Source of the DNA: Bacteroidota bacterium
Lineage (GTDB): Bacteria; Bacteroidota; Bacteroidia; AKYH767-A; OLB10
Direction of reading: 5' to 3'
Assembly: GCA_016713925.1 (NCBI GenBank)
Contig: JADJOH010000002.1
Location: forward strand, 238,395-302,394
DNA length: 64,000 bases
Shown: piece after piece, positions 46,541 through 57,700 of the stretch
Numbering within the stretch: the first letter of the stretch is position 1
How the letters are laid out: every line of letters begins with the position of its first letter
Made by a program: the position numbers and the translations under genes
The notes under the pieces: generated by a model
Told to the model about the DNA's origin: nothing
Database searches by the model: none
The model's input: only the letters and a program-made list of their open reading frames with translations

Positions 46541-47053
46541 TCATCTTCCAAACATTTTATCGTCTTTATCCTTCCTGAAGGGATCTTCGAGGGGATACTC
46601 TTTTCTCAATGGCCAGCCTTCCAAAGAATCCATATTCAGAATTCGTCTCATATCGGGGTGACCGGAAAAGCGAAATCCGAAGAAGTCGTAGGCTTCACGT
46701 TCCATCCAATTGGCTGCGGGCCAAAGGGAGGTGAGTGATTTGAATACGGGCTCCGTGTCGGAGGTAAAAGTTTTTATCCGGATACGGATGTTGGAGGGCA
46801 TATTATGCAACTGGATCATCAAGCCGAACGGTTTTTCAGCGTCCGGATAATGCAATCCACAGAGGGTAGTCAGGAAATGAAAATTCAAATCAACGTCTTC
46901 CTTCAAAAAGCGGATGGTATCAAAGACTTTTTCCTTATCGACAGTTACAGTGAGCATATCGTAAAGCATTTCCATCTCCACCAGCGCATCACCGAGGAAT
47001 TCGCCGAGGCGGGATTGAACCTGATCTAGTGTTAATTGTTGCATCATCATCAT
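46541..47053 (-). CDS. nuoC: NADH-quinone oxidoreductase subunit C
   Basis: 170-aa 30-kDa subunit family. It overlaps the nuoB start by 4 nt. Confidence 0.88.
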   Translation of the reverse strand: MMMMQQLTLDQVQSRLGEFLGDALVEMEMLYDMLTVTVDKEKVFDTIRFLKEDVDLNFHFLTTLCGLHYPDAEKPFGLMIQLHNMPSNIRIRIKTFTSDTEPVFKSLTSLWPAANWMEREAYDFFGFRFSGHPDMRRILNMDSLEGWPLRKEYPLEDPFRKDKDDKMFGR

Positions 47054-47586
47054 TCGATACCGTAAGAAGCGAGAAGATCTTTATATTCCTGAGAGTTTCT
47101 ACGACGTAGAGATTCATTGGCTACTAGTTCCTGAATTTTGAGTACGCCGTCAAGAATTTGCTCGGGACGCGGCGGACATCCGGGCACATACACGTCGACT
47201 GGGATAATGCGATCAATTCCCTGAAGGACGCTATAGGTATCGAAAATCCCACCGGTTGAGGCACATGCACCCACCGCGATTACCCATCTTGGCTCTGCCA
47301 TTTGCTCATACACCTGACGAAGGACGGGGCCCATTTTTTTAGCTATAGTACCCATCACCATAAGCAGATCGGCCTGGCGAGGCGAGAAGCTTAGGCGTTC
47401 TGCGCCAAACCGACCCAGGTCGTAAGTGGAGGCCATGGTTGCCATGAACTCGATGCCACAGCAAGAGGTAGCAAAAGGCAATGGCCAAATGGAATTCTTT
47501 CGTGCCATCCCTACTGCCTTATCGAGGGAAGTCGCGAGAAATCCCGGTCCTTCATACCCTTCTAATTTCTGGATTTCCTGTGACAT
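47050..47586 (-). CDS. nuoB: NADH-quinone oxidoreductase subunit B
   Basis: Motifs CCGIEFM and GACASTGG, i.e. the N2 cluster cysteines. Confidence 0.92.
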   Translation of the reverse strand: MSQEIQKLEGYEGPGFLATSLDKAVGMARKNSIWPLPFATSCCGIEFMATMASTYDLGRFGAERLSFSPRQADLLMVMGTIAKKMGPVLRQVYEQMAEPRWVIAVGACASTGGIFDTYSVLQGIDRIIPVDVYVPGCPPRPEQILDGVLKIQELVANESLRRRNSQEYKDLLASYGIE

Positions 47587-47642
47587 TGTTTTATGAGAAT
47601 ATTAATTTAATAGCTATTTAATACAAGTTTGTAATGATTAAT

Positions 47643-48032
47643 TTATTCCCATTTAAGGGCACCTTTACGAATAATATACACCAATCCGAGGATAAGCACT
47701 CCAAGAAAGATAAACATTTCAAAGAAAGCAGCTGTACTCACTTTACTCCATTCGGCAAAATTCACTGCCCATGGATACATGAAAATGACCTCTACATCGA
47801 ATAAGACAAAAAGAATGGCGATGAGGAAATATTTTATAGAAAAGGGAAGCCGAGAATTCCCTTGAGATTCGATTCCACACTCAAAAGCTTCCAGTTTTAC
47901 TTTTGAAATACGTCTGGGCCCCAATAAATGCGTCACAACCATAGTAAACAGAACAAAGCCTATTGCTACGACAAACATCATGGCAATTGGAAGGTAATCG
48001 GAAGGTGTACTTAATATAATCATTTTCAACAT
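47643..48032 (-). CDS. nuoA: NADH-quinone oxidoreductase subunit A
   Basis: 129-aa three-TM NuoA/ND3 family subunit, first gene of the operon. Confidence 0.88.
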   Translation of the reverse strand: MLKMIILSTPSDYLPIAMMFVVAIGFVLFTMVVTHLLGPRRISKVKLEAFECGIESQGNSRLPFSIKYFLIAILFVLFDVEVIFMYPWAVNFAEWSKVSTAAFFEMFIFLGVLILGLVYIIRKGALKWE

Positions 48033-48222
48033 ATTGCCTAAACAAACGAATTTAGATATTGTTTTGAAGTCAAGAACGCTGCAAAATTAGTCTTTTGATT
48101 ATTAATACCGGAATGAAATGTATTGACATCAATCACGGGGAAAATTGAGCAAAATTCGAGAAAGATGAAGAAAGTTCATTGGGGATAAAATTATATAATT
48201 GATATTCAATATTATAAAACCT

Positions 48223-48312
48223 ACACGCGAGGTCTAACACACGCGAGGTCTAACACACGCGAGGTCTAACACACGCGAGGTCTAACACACGCGAGGTCTA
48301 ACACACGCGAGG
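48223..48312. repeat. 16-bp tandem repeat (acacgcgaggtctaac) x5 plus a partial copy. It lies between the RayT-like gene stop and the nuoA promoter region.
   Basis: Five exact head-to-tail copies at 48223-48302, then the partial copy acacgcgagg. There are no interspersed unique spacers, so it is not a CRISPR array. Confidence 0.9.
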
Positions 48313-48329
48313 ATTTAAACTTCGCGAAC

Positions 48330-48956
48330 TTAGTTTATAGCAATCTTAACGGAATTTGTTTTTATATCATCTTTCGACTCAACACTCTTAAAATCAGCAT
48401 AAAACCTTCCATATTTCACCCAATCAATAACCCCCATTTTCCGATCGATCTTCTCCTTAGCCGAAACATAGTCCCAATCCTCCCCTATATCAACAATTCC
48501 TTGATTAACAGGCATATACTCAAATTGAGCTATGATACACTCCAACTCCTCTTCCCGGATGGGCTGCTTACGAAAATTTTCCCGAAATAAACTTCCTTTC
48601 CTTCCATAGCACCTATTATAGGCTTTTGCATATGAATTGAGAACATTCGCTACTTCTTGTGAAAGAAAAATTGAAATCTCATCTTCATCCAAAGCAACCA
48701 TTTTAATGGGAATCCGCTTTCGCAGTGAATACGCAGTATAAATACTCTCAATCGACTTCACTGCTACCAACAAGTGGTATTGGTTTGGAATGAGGCAATA
48801 CCCGATGATCTCGAATATATTGCACGTAGAATCCGAAAATTTTTGAAGAAAAAACTCGTAATTCTCCCGACTGCTAAAGATCTCTTCACCGTTATTTCCA
48901 ATGTTCGATATGTGAAAGATCCCTCCGGGTTGAAAGTTAAATATTTTTCTAGGCAT
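48330..48956 (-). CDS. IS200-like / REP-associated tyrosine transposase (RayT)-like protein with a degenerate HUH motif
   Basis: GYCLIPNQYHLLV aligns to the Y1-transposase GYVLMPNHVHLLI block, but reads Q-Y-H instead of H-x-H. The C-terminal YAKAYNRCYGRKGSLFRENFRKQPI matches the RayT Y..YN...GR.G.LWQ.RF block. It is a single gene with no partner tnpB. Confidence 0.65.
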   Translation of the reverse strand: MPRKIFNFQPGGIFHISNIGNNGEEIFSSRENYEFFLQKFSDSTCNIFEIIGYCLIPNQYHLLVAVKSIESIYTAYSLRKRIPIKMVALDEDEISIFLSQEVANVLNSYAKAYNRCYGRKGSLFRENFRKQPIREEELECIIAQFEYMPVNQGIVDIGEDWDYVSAKEKIDRKMGVIDWVKYGRFYADFKSVESKDDIKTNSVKIAIN

Positions 48957-49196
48957 AGTAAATTATGTATTAAAGTGTTTTTAACAAATTTGTTCTTTCA
49001 AAACTGAAAGAATTAAAATCTAGCACGATTAAATATGTGTGCCAAGACATTCTATTACTATCTTCAACTAGTATTCATAATTAAAGTAATCTTTAGATTT
49101 ACAAACAAAGTTATCTAAACTCGATGTAAAAATACAACTTTACACCGAAATCCAAATAATTGTAAAACAAATCTTGAACTTAACTGTTTCGTAAAA

Positions 49197-50684
49197 ATGA
49201 AATCTGCCAAAAAAGCACTTATTATCGGAACCGGGCTCGGTGGACTTGCCACTGGTCTTCGTTTGGCTTCCAAAGGCTTTCAGGTGGAGTTCGTCGAAAA
49301 GTACCACTTACCCGGCGGACGTTTAAATATTCTTGAAAAAGATGGATTTAGTTTCGATATAGGTCCATCCTTTTTTAGTATGAGTTATGAATTTAAAGAG
49401 TTCTTTGAATATTGTGGGGTTCCGAATCCTCTTGTTTTACAAGAATTGAATCCTCTTTATGCAGTCTATTTTGAAAATAGAGCAAACCCCTTTCTCATTT
49501 ACAAAGACCTCCAAAAGCTTGCAACCGAATTTAATGGAATAGAAGACAATTTAGTAGAAAAAACTGAAAAATATTTGTCGAATGCAGGAAAACTTTTTCA
49601 TGATACAGAGGATATTGTAATCAGAAGGAACTTCAATTCAAAACTCGACTACCTTTTACAGCTTACTAAAGTTCCCATCAAACATGGACCGAAGATGTTC
49701 AAGTCAATGTGGTCAGAACTTGAAAGTAATTTTGACTCACAGGAAGTTAAAGTGATATTTTCTCTAGTTTCTTTCTTCCTGGGTTCAACGCCTTTTCAGA
49801 CACCTGCAGTTTATAGCTTACTTAATTATACAGAATTAAAGCATGATGGCTATTGGAATGTTGAAGGTGGGATGTATAAGATAACAGAAGCTATAGTAAA
49901 GCTCCTGAAAGAAAAAGGCGCCACTTTCCATTATAACACTGAAATTTCTGCTCTCGAAACCGAAGGCAAAAAAGTAACTGCAGCTATCTCAGCAGATGGC
50001 AGAAAATTTACTGCCGATAAAATCATCTGCAACAGCGACGCTGCTTCCTTTAGAGGGAAAGTGCTTAATAGAAAAAAATACTCGTCGGTCAAACTGGATA
50101 AATTGCAATGGACGCTCGCTCCCTTTACTATTTACCTGGGTGTAAATAAAAAACTTGATAAGCTCTATCATCATAACTATTTCCTTGGAAATAATTTCAA
50201 AGAATATGCAGATAATATTTTTAAGACTGCCGTAAGTCCTAAAAAGCCTTACTACTATGTGAATGTGCGCTCTCGTTCTAATTCCAACAGCGCCCCGGAG
50301 GGATGTGAAAGCCTTTTTATTCTCTGCCCTGTTCCCGATTTACGGTATAAACCCGATTGGTCCGATGCCGAAGAATTAACTGATAACATCATTGATGATA
50401 TGAGCCAAAGAATAAATTTCGACATTAAAAAAAATACGCTTACCAGAACTATTCTCACTCCTATTGATTGGGAAGAAAAATTCAATCTATATAAAGGCTC
50501 GGGGCTTGGACTTGCACACGGCCTGGATCAAATTGGTGGATTTCGTCCGTCAAATAAAGACGAGGATTTCACCAACCTTTACTATGTTGGCGCAAGTACA
50601 GTACCGGGCACAGGACTCCCTATTGTAATCATTAGTTCAAAACTAACAACCGAACGCATTTTACAAGATGATGAATCTTTATAA
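49197..50684 (+). CDS. crtI: phytoene desaturase family carotenoid desaturase (CrtI/CrtD-like)
   Basis: An N-terminal FAD/NAD(P) Rossmann motif (ALIIGTGLGGLATGLRLASKGFQVEFVEK), a 495-aa length, and an immediately adjacent phytoene synthase gene. Confidence 0.75.
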   Translation: MKSAKKALIIGTGLGGLATGLRLASKGFQVEFVEKYHLPGGRLNILEKDGFSFDIGPSFFSMSYEFKEFFEYCGVPNPLVLQELNPLYAVYFENRANPFLIYKDLQKLATEFNGIEDNLVEKTEKYLSNAGKLFHDTEDIVIRRNFNSKLDYLLQLTKVPIKHGPKMFKSMWSELESNFDSQEVKVIFSLVSFFLGSTPFQTPAVYSLLNYTELKHDGYWNVEGGMYKITEAIVKLLKEKGATFHYNTEISALETEGKKVTAAISADGRKFTADKIICNSDAASFRGKVLNRKKYSSVKLDKLQWTLAPFTIYLGVNKKLDKLYHHNYFLGNNFKEYADNIFKTAVSPKKPYYYVNVRSRSNSNSAPEGCESLFILCPVPDLRYKPDWSDAEELTDNIIDDMSQRINFDIKKNTLTRTILTPIDWEEKFNLYKGSGLGLAHGLDQIGGFRPSNKDEDFTNLYYVGASTVPGTGLPIVIISSKLTTERILQDDESL

Positions 50685-51500
50685 TAAAGTTTGTATCCAA
50701 CTTAGTAAGCGGATTACCTGGAGTTATAGTACATCATTTACTCTTGGAATAAAAATGCTACACAAAAAATTGCATGACCCGATCTATAGTATCTATGGCT
50801 TTGTTCGCTTAGCTGATGAAATTGTAGATACCTTTCACGATTATGATAAAGATGTACTTTTTAAAAGATTTTCTCAGCAAACATGGGAAGCCGTTAATGA
50901 GCAAATCAGCACCAATCCTATTTAAGTTTTCAACTGACAGTTCATAAATATAATATCGACCATCAACTCATCACTGCATTTCTTCAGTCAATGGAAATGG
51001 ATCTTCATCGTAACAACCACAGCACGAATTCATACAATGAATATATTTTTGGTTCTGCCGAAGTGGTTGGATTAATGTGTCTGAAAGTTTTCTGCGATGG
51101 AGACGCAGTAGACTATGAGCGACTTAAATCGCCGGCTCAAAAGCTTGGTGCGGCTTTTCAGAAAGTGAATTTCCTCCGGGATTTGAATAGTGATTTCGTT
51201 GACCGGGGCAGAACCTATTTCCCTAGTGTTGATCTTAGTAATTTCAATGATCAAACGAAACGAGAAATTGAACAGGATATTGACCATGATTTTAAAGATG
51301 CCTACAAAGGCATTATTGAACTTCCCAATGAAGCCCGCTTTGGTGTGTATGTGGCTTACATCTATTATCAAGCACTGCTTAGGAAAATCAAGAATAAGCC
51401 TGCTCATTCCATAAAAACTGAACGTGTCAGGGTTCCTAATAAAGAGAAAATTGCTCTTCTTTTTGCGTGTTGGTGCAGGTTCAGATTGAACATACTGTAA
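50668..51500 (+). pseudogene. crtB: phytoene/squalene synthase family protein (CrtB), split by an apparent 1-nt deletion in a T run near 50921-50923
   Basis: ORF 50668..50925 encodes ...SYSTSFTLGIKMLHKKLHDPIYSIYGFVRLADEIVD...EQISTNPI*. The next frame continues (L)SFQLTVHKYNIDHQLITAFLQSMEMDL...YIFGSAEVVGLMC...LGAAFQKVNFLRDLNSDFVDRGRTYFP. Inserting one T gives a contiguous ~277-aa CrtB. Confidence 0.75.
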
Positions 51501-51731
51501 TAATCGCTGACACCTATACAATTTGACCGGGAGAAAAAATCCTATTGTGAAGCTCCTTTCGAATGTACTTTTACGCTAACACATGACTACGTTTTCAGGT
51601 TGACCAATTTTCTGCAAACTTTGCATATACGTTTCTGTCATTAAAAGGTTACATTTTTTTCAATATTTTTTTTATTCTAACTGAAAACGCAACGATTTGA
51701 TCTCAATTCACGAATAAAGGATTAAGCGAAA

Positions 51732-54700
51732 ATGGCTTCAATCTATTGTTCAAAAATGAGACACCAACTACCTAATCAAAATCGAATTTTACGAAGTGTT
51801 TATCTGTTGCTGATGATCCTGCTTTCATCAGGCATCAACAACCAAATAATGGCTACACATGCCGCCGGTTCAGATATCAAGTATAGATGCCTGGGCGGAT
51901 TGCTATATGAGATTGAAGTTACTTTCTATCGTGATTGTGATGGAGTCGCAGAACCTTCTACAATTACCATCAACTGTAAAAGTGCTTCCGGGCCGGGGAA
52001 TCACAATATAAATATTACTGCTAATAAAGTTGCAGGATCTTCCAACGGGGTTGAAATAACAGTTCCATGTGCTTCCTCTAATTCTACCTGTAATGGTGGT
52101 AGTTCTACCGGCGTCAGAAAATGGACGTATCGCGCTACCGTGACATTGCCTTCCGCTCGAGCCGACTGGGTTTTTAGTTATAGTGTTTGTTGTCGTAACT
52201 GTACTATTACAACTATTACTAATCCCTGCGCTTCCAATTCTACTTTATATGTTGAAGCAAAACTTAATAATATTCTCGCACCCTGCAACAGCTCTCCAAC
52301 ATTTTCGAATATTCCAATTGCATTTGTTTGTTCAGGTCAGAATTTTAATTATAATCATGGTGTATTGGATCCGGATGGAGATTCACTTGTCTATTCTTTA
52401 ATAACACCAAAAACTACAGCAACGTCCAACGTAAGTTTTGTGCCGCCTGCAACTGTGAATACTCCAATTGCCAGTTCTACTCCATTCCTGATTAATGCTA
52501 CTACCGGCGACTTAAACTTTACACCAAGCCAAACGCAGATTGGAATTATGGCAATTCTGGTTCAGGAGTATCGAAATAATCAACTGATCGGTTCTGTCAT
52601 CAGAGATATGCAGGTATATACCAATGTATGTGTCAATAATCTGCCGACCGTCTCCGGTATCAATGGCACTACCAATTTTACCTTGAATGCCTGCCCGAAT
52701 CAACAAATCTGCTTTACGGTAAATTCGATTGATATAGATGCTTCTCAAATCGTGTCTCTGACAACTAACAATGGTATTGCAAATGCAACTTATACTATCG
52801 GAACCGGTAATCGTCCAACATTAACATTCTGCTGGACACCCACAACTGCAAATATCAGTCTCAGGCCTCATACCTTTACAGTTACTGTTAGGGATAATGC
52901 CTGTCCTACAAATGGTATCCAGACTTACTCCTTCAATATTTATGTGCCTCACCCGTATTTTACAACCAGCAGTACAAATATAAATTGCAGTGGTGACGCT
53001 ACAGGTACTGCCTCCGCATTCCCTGTGTATTCGGGTACATATAACTATCTATGGAGCAATGGAGCAACCACCTCATCCATAAATGGATTATCTGCCGGAA
53101 CTTATTCCGTAACAGCTACAGATCCTGGTTCGGGGTGCTCGCTATCACAATCTGTTGTAATTACTGAACCTACAGGCATGAGCGCTACTGCGATTGCAAC
53201 ACAACCATCGTGTATTGGTGTTTCTAACGGTGCTATCGATGCAACTGTAACCGGCGGAAATACACCCTATACATACAACTGGAGCAATGGTTCTACAAAT
53301 CAAGATCTGAGTAGTCTGCCTGCAGGTACATACACGTTGACTATAACTGACGCCAACGGCTGTACAAAAACAAGTACAACAACACTTGCAGGAACATATT
53401 CAGTCAGTCTGACTACTACTCCTACTGCTGTGAACTGCTTTGGAAATGCTACCGGCATGGTTACTTCCACTCCGAACAATGGCGTTGCACCATATAATTA
53501 CATATGGAGTAACGGTGCTACCGGTTCAGGACTCACTAATATCAATGCCGGAAATTACACTCTTACAGTTACAGATGCAAACGGTTGCACCGCTACTTCA
53601 ACAGCATCGGTTTCTCAACCGGCAGCTGCACTTGCATTAACAGGTACAGCTACTGCTGTAAATTGTTTTGGTCAAGCTACGGGAACAGTAAGTGTGAATG
53701 CAAGTGGAGGAACATCTCCCTACTCCTATTTATGGAGTAATGGTGCTACAACTTCTTCTTCAAATAATATTGCTGCAGGAACATATACGGTTATGGTAAC
53801 CGATAATAAAGGTTGTACATCTACTTTAATCCGTTCTGTTAGTCAGCCCCTTGCTACATTAACAACCGGAGCCTCTCAAACAAATGTAAATTGTTTCGGT
53901 CAGTCAACCGGCACGATCTCCGTTTCAGTAAGTGGTGGTACTACTCCTTATACCTACTTATGGAATAATGGCGCTCAAACACAAAATATAAATAACCTAT
54001 CTGCCGGAACCTACTCCGTTACTGTGACAGATGCTGTAGGCTGTACAAGCGTTATCAGTCGTACCATAACACAACCCACCGCTAACTTAACTGCTTCTAC
54101 CTCTGCAACGAATGCAGTATCCTGCTTTGGTGGGGGAAATGGAAGTATAATTTTAAATGTCAATGGAGGAACTACACCCTATACCTACAACTGGAACAAC
54201 GGTGCAACTACACAAAACCTTTCAGGGCTTTCTGCCGGCAACTATACAGTTACTGTGACTGATGCCAACAACTGTACTTCCGCCGTTTCCTCTATTTCTA
54301 TTACTCAACCAACGGCTGCACTTAATGCTACTTCTTCTAAAGTAAATGTTGCTTGTTTCGGTAATGCAAGTGGATCAATTAATCTTACGACCCTTGGCGG
54401 AACATCTCCCTACACTTATCAATGGAATAACGGAGCATCGTCACAAAATATTTTCGGCCTTTCTGCGGGCACTTATACTGTAACAGTAACAGATGCTCAA
54501 AATTGTATAACTAATGTATCAGTAAATATCAGCCAACCTGCAACAGCCGTTTCGCTTTCCACCACAAAAACGAATGTCAGATGTTTTGGTAACACTACCG
54601 GACTTGCGGCTGCAATTGGTAGTGGTGGAACTTCTCCATATACCTACAGCTGGAGCAATGGTGCGAGTACATCATCGATCAATAACCTGACAGCAGGAAC

Positions 54701-57700
54701 GTATACTGTAACTGTTACTGATGCTAATGGATGTACTTCCGCAACACCGGTGAGCATTACTCAGCCTGCCGCTGCATTAGCCATTTCCGCAACCACTTCA
54801 AATATCTCCTGTCGCAATGTTCCTACCGGAACCATTACTACCACTGTTACAGGTGGAACGTCCTCCTATAGCTATCAATGGAATAATGGTATGTCCTCTT
54901 CCTCATTGAATAACCTTTCTTCCGGAAGTTATACCGTTACTGTTACAGATGCGCAAGGGTGTACAATAAACAATACTTATACATTAAGTCAACCCGTTGC
55001 CATACTTTCTGCCACACTTACAGCAAACGCTGTTGGCTGTTTTGGTAATAGTACAGGCTCAGCTACTGTAGTGGCTAACGGAGGTACTACTCCTTACACC
55101 TATCAATGGAATACAGGATCTGCAGCATCATCTATCGCGAACGCCGCAGCAGGAACATATTCGGTGACTATTACTGACGCAAATGGTTGTACCGTTAATG
55201 GAAATACAGCAATTAGTCAACCTGTAGCCGCATTGAGCTTGAGTACTACCTCTGCGAATGTCGCTTGTTTTGGAAATAGCTCCGGAAGTGCGGTTGTAAC
55301 TCCTGCAGGCGGAACAACACCCTATACATACAACTGGAGCAATGGAATTTCAACTCAAGGAGCATCAGGTCTTGCTGCTGGTAATTATTCCGTCACCGTT
55401 ACGGATGCCAATGGTTGCACCTCAAACTCCTCTGTAAATATTCAACAACCTTCTGCCACACTTCAGGCATCTGCAACCAGCAACGATATTAATTGTACAG
55501 GAAATTCAATAGGTAGTATTGATGTTACAGTGAATGGTGGAACCAGCCCTTACTCTTATTTATGGAGCAATGGTTCCGGTCAGCAGGATATCACTAACCT
55601 TTCAGCAAATACTTATACGGTGACAGTAACAGATGCAAACGGATGTACTTTCCAGTTGAGCAAAACAGTTTCACAACCGGCCGGTGCGCTCAATGTAAAT
55701 AGTGCAGTGACCAATTTACTTTGTCACGATGACAATAACGGTATCATAAACATTACTGCCTCTGCAGGTACACCTCCGTATACGTATGCATGGAGTACAG
55801 GCAGCACCAGTGAAGATATTAATAATCTTTCCGCAGGATCTTATACCGTTACTGTATCTGATAATAACGGCTGCACCTTGACGAATAATCTATTCGTAAC
55901 ACAACCCTCTGCTCCTTTGGCTGCTTCAATAAGTAATGTTCCGGTGGCTTGCTTCGGCAACTCCACAGCATCCTTGAATCTATCAGTTACCGGTGGAACA
56001 TCAGGTTATACTTTTGCCTGGAGCAATGGAAATTCAAACGAAGATCAAAGTAACATCAGTGCCGGAAACTATTCGGTGATCATAACCGACCAAAACGGAT
56101 GTACAACTTCAGCACAGACCTCCATTGCACAGCCCGCTGCCCCTCTCTCTTTATCGGCCACACAAGTAAATCTGAACTGTCATGATGTTTTGGATGGATC
56201 CATTCAGGCAGTAGCGGCCGGCGGAACGTCAGGATACACTTATTTATGGAGCAACGGTGAAACCAATTCAACTATCTCAAATCTTCCGGTAGGTGCTTAT
56301 ACACTAACCGTAACGGATGCGAACGGTTGTACATCTTCGCAATCTTATACGATCAATCATGCAGCGGCTATACTTACTGCAAACATCGTTTCTGCCGCTG
56401 TTCCTTGTTATGGTGATCCAACAGGCTCCTTGAATCTTAACATTTCCGGAGGCACACCGCCATTTCTCTACAAATGGAATACCGGACAAACTTCGGAGGA
56501 CCTTAACAACATGAATGCAGGATCATATACGGTCACGATAACGGATGCCAACGGGTGTTCTACTTCTGCAAATGCGGCTATTGCTCAACCGATCGCTGCA
56601 CTTTCTTCTTCACAAACCACTACTCCTGTACTTTGCTTTGGTGACGCAACAGGATTGATCGACTTTAATTCTAATGGCGGTACTCAACCTTATACTTATA
56701 TTTGGTCTAACGGCAGTACTTCGGAGGATCTGCTGCAGCTTACTGCGGGCGATTACACCATTACTGTGACAGATGCCAACGGTTGTACCCTATTAAATAC
56801 AATCTCCATCACTCAACCCTCCGCGCCGATACAATCGAATTTCATTGTGTCGAATGCCGCCTGTTATGGTGATTCAAGTGGAAGTATTCAAACAGTGATC
56901 AATGGTGGTACCGCTCCTTACACCTACAACTGGAGCAATCAATCCTCCAACGCGGATATTCAATCCCTTCCTACAGGATCTTATCAATTAGTAGTGACAG
57001 ATGTGAACGGATGTGTTCTAACTGAAAATGTTTCTGTATCTCAACCCGTGGCTCCTGTTTCTACTGCCCCAATTCTTGTAAATATTGATTGCAACGGAAA
57101 TGGTACAGGTGCTGCTGATTTACAAACTTCAGGCGGAACTGCGCCTTATACCTACCAATGGAGTAACGGAAGCTCTCAAATGCAGGCGACCGGTTTGCAG
57201 TCAGGAACATATACCTATACAGTGACGGATGCCAATCAATGTATCCTCTCCGGCAATGTGACCATCACTCAACCTGCTGCCTCTCTTACTGTAACCAATC
57301 AGATGACCAATGTTGGCTGTTTTGGAAATGCTACCGGGATGATTGATCTTTCTGTTTCAGGAGGAACTCCATCTTATTCATATTTGTGGAATGATGGTAG
57401 TACCAATGAAGACCTTAATAATCTTGCGGCAGGTACTTATACAGTAACGGTAACCGATAATAATAACTGCATTTCAAGTCAGTCATTTACTATTGATCAA
57501 CCGGTAGCTACTTTGGCTTTAACAGACTCCATCGCAATGGTGAATTGCTTTGCCGGACAAGATGCCCTCATTCAGGTCTTTGTTAACGGTGGAACTGCAC
57601 CTTATACCTATTCCTGGAATGATGGTAGTACCAATTCAGCTCTTGGTAATATCTCCATAGGCACTTATAACGTCATGGTAACCGATATCAATGGCTGTAC

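Noticed and set aside
34846-48032. Whether the nuo operon sits on a mobile island (flanked by a RayT-like gene and inverted paralogous modules)
   Set aside because: The gene order nuoA-N is complete and conventional, with compositional uniformity. No integrase or att duplication bounds the operon. The flanking repeats are noted as findings but do not by themselves indicate mobility.
48223-48312. Possible CRISPR array (perfect 16-bp direct repeats)
   Set aside because: The repeats are head-to-tail with no unique spacers. The unit is too short and there are no cas genes. It is a simple tandem repeat.
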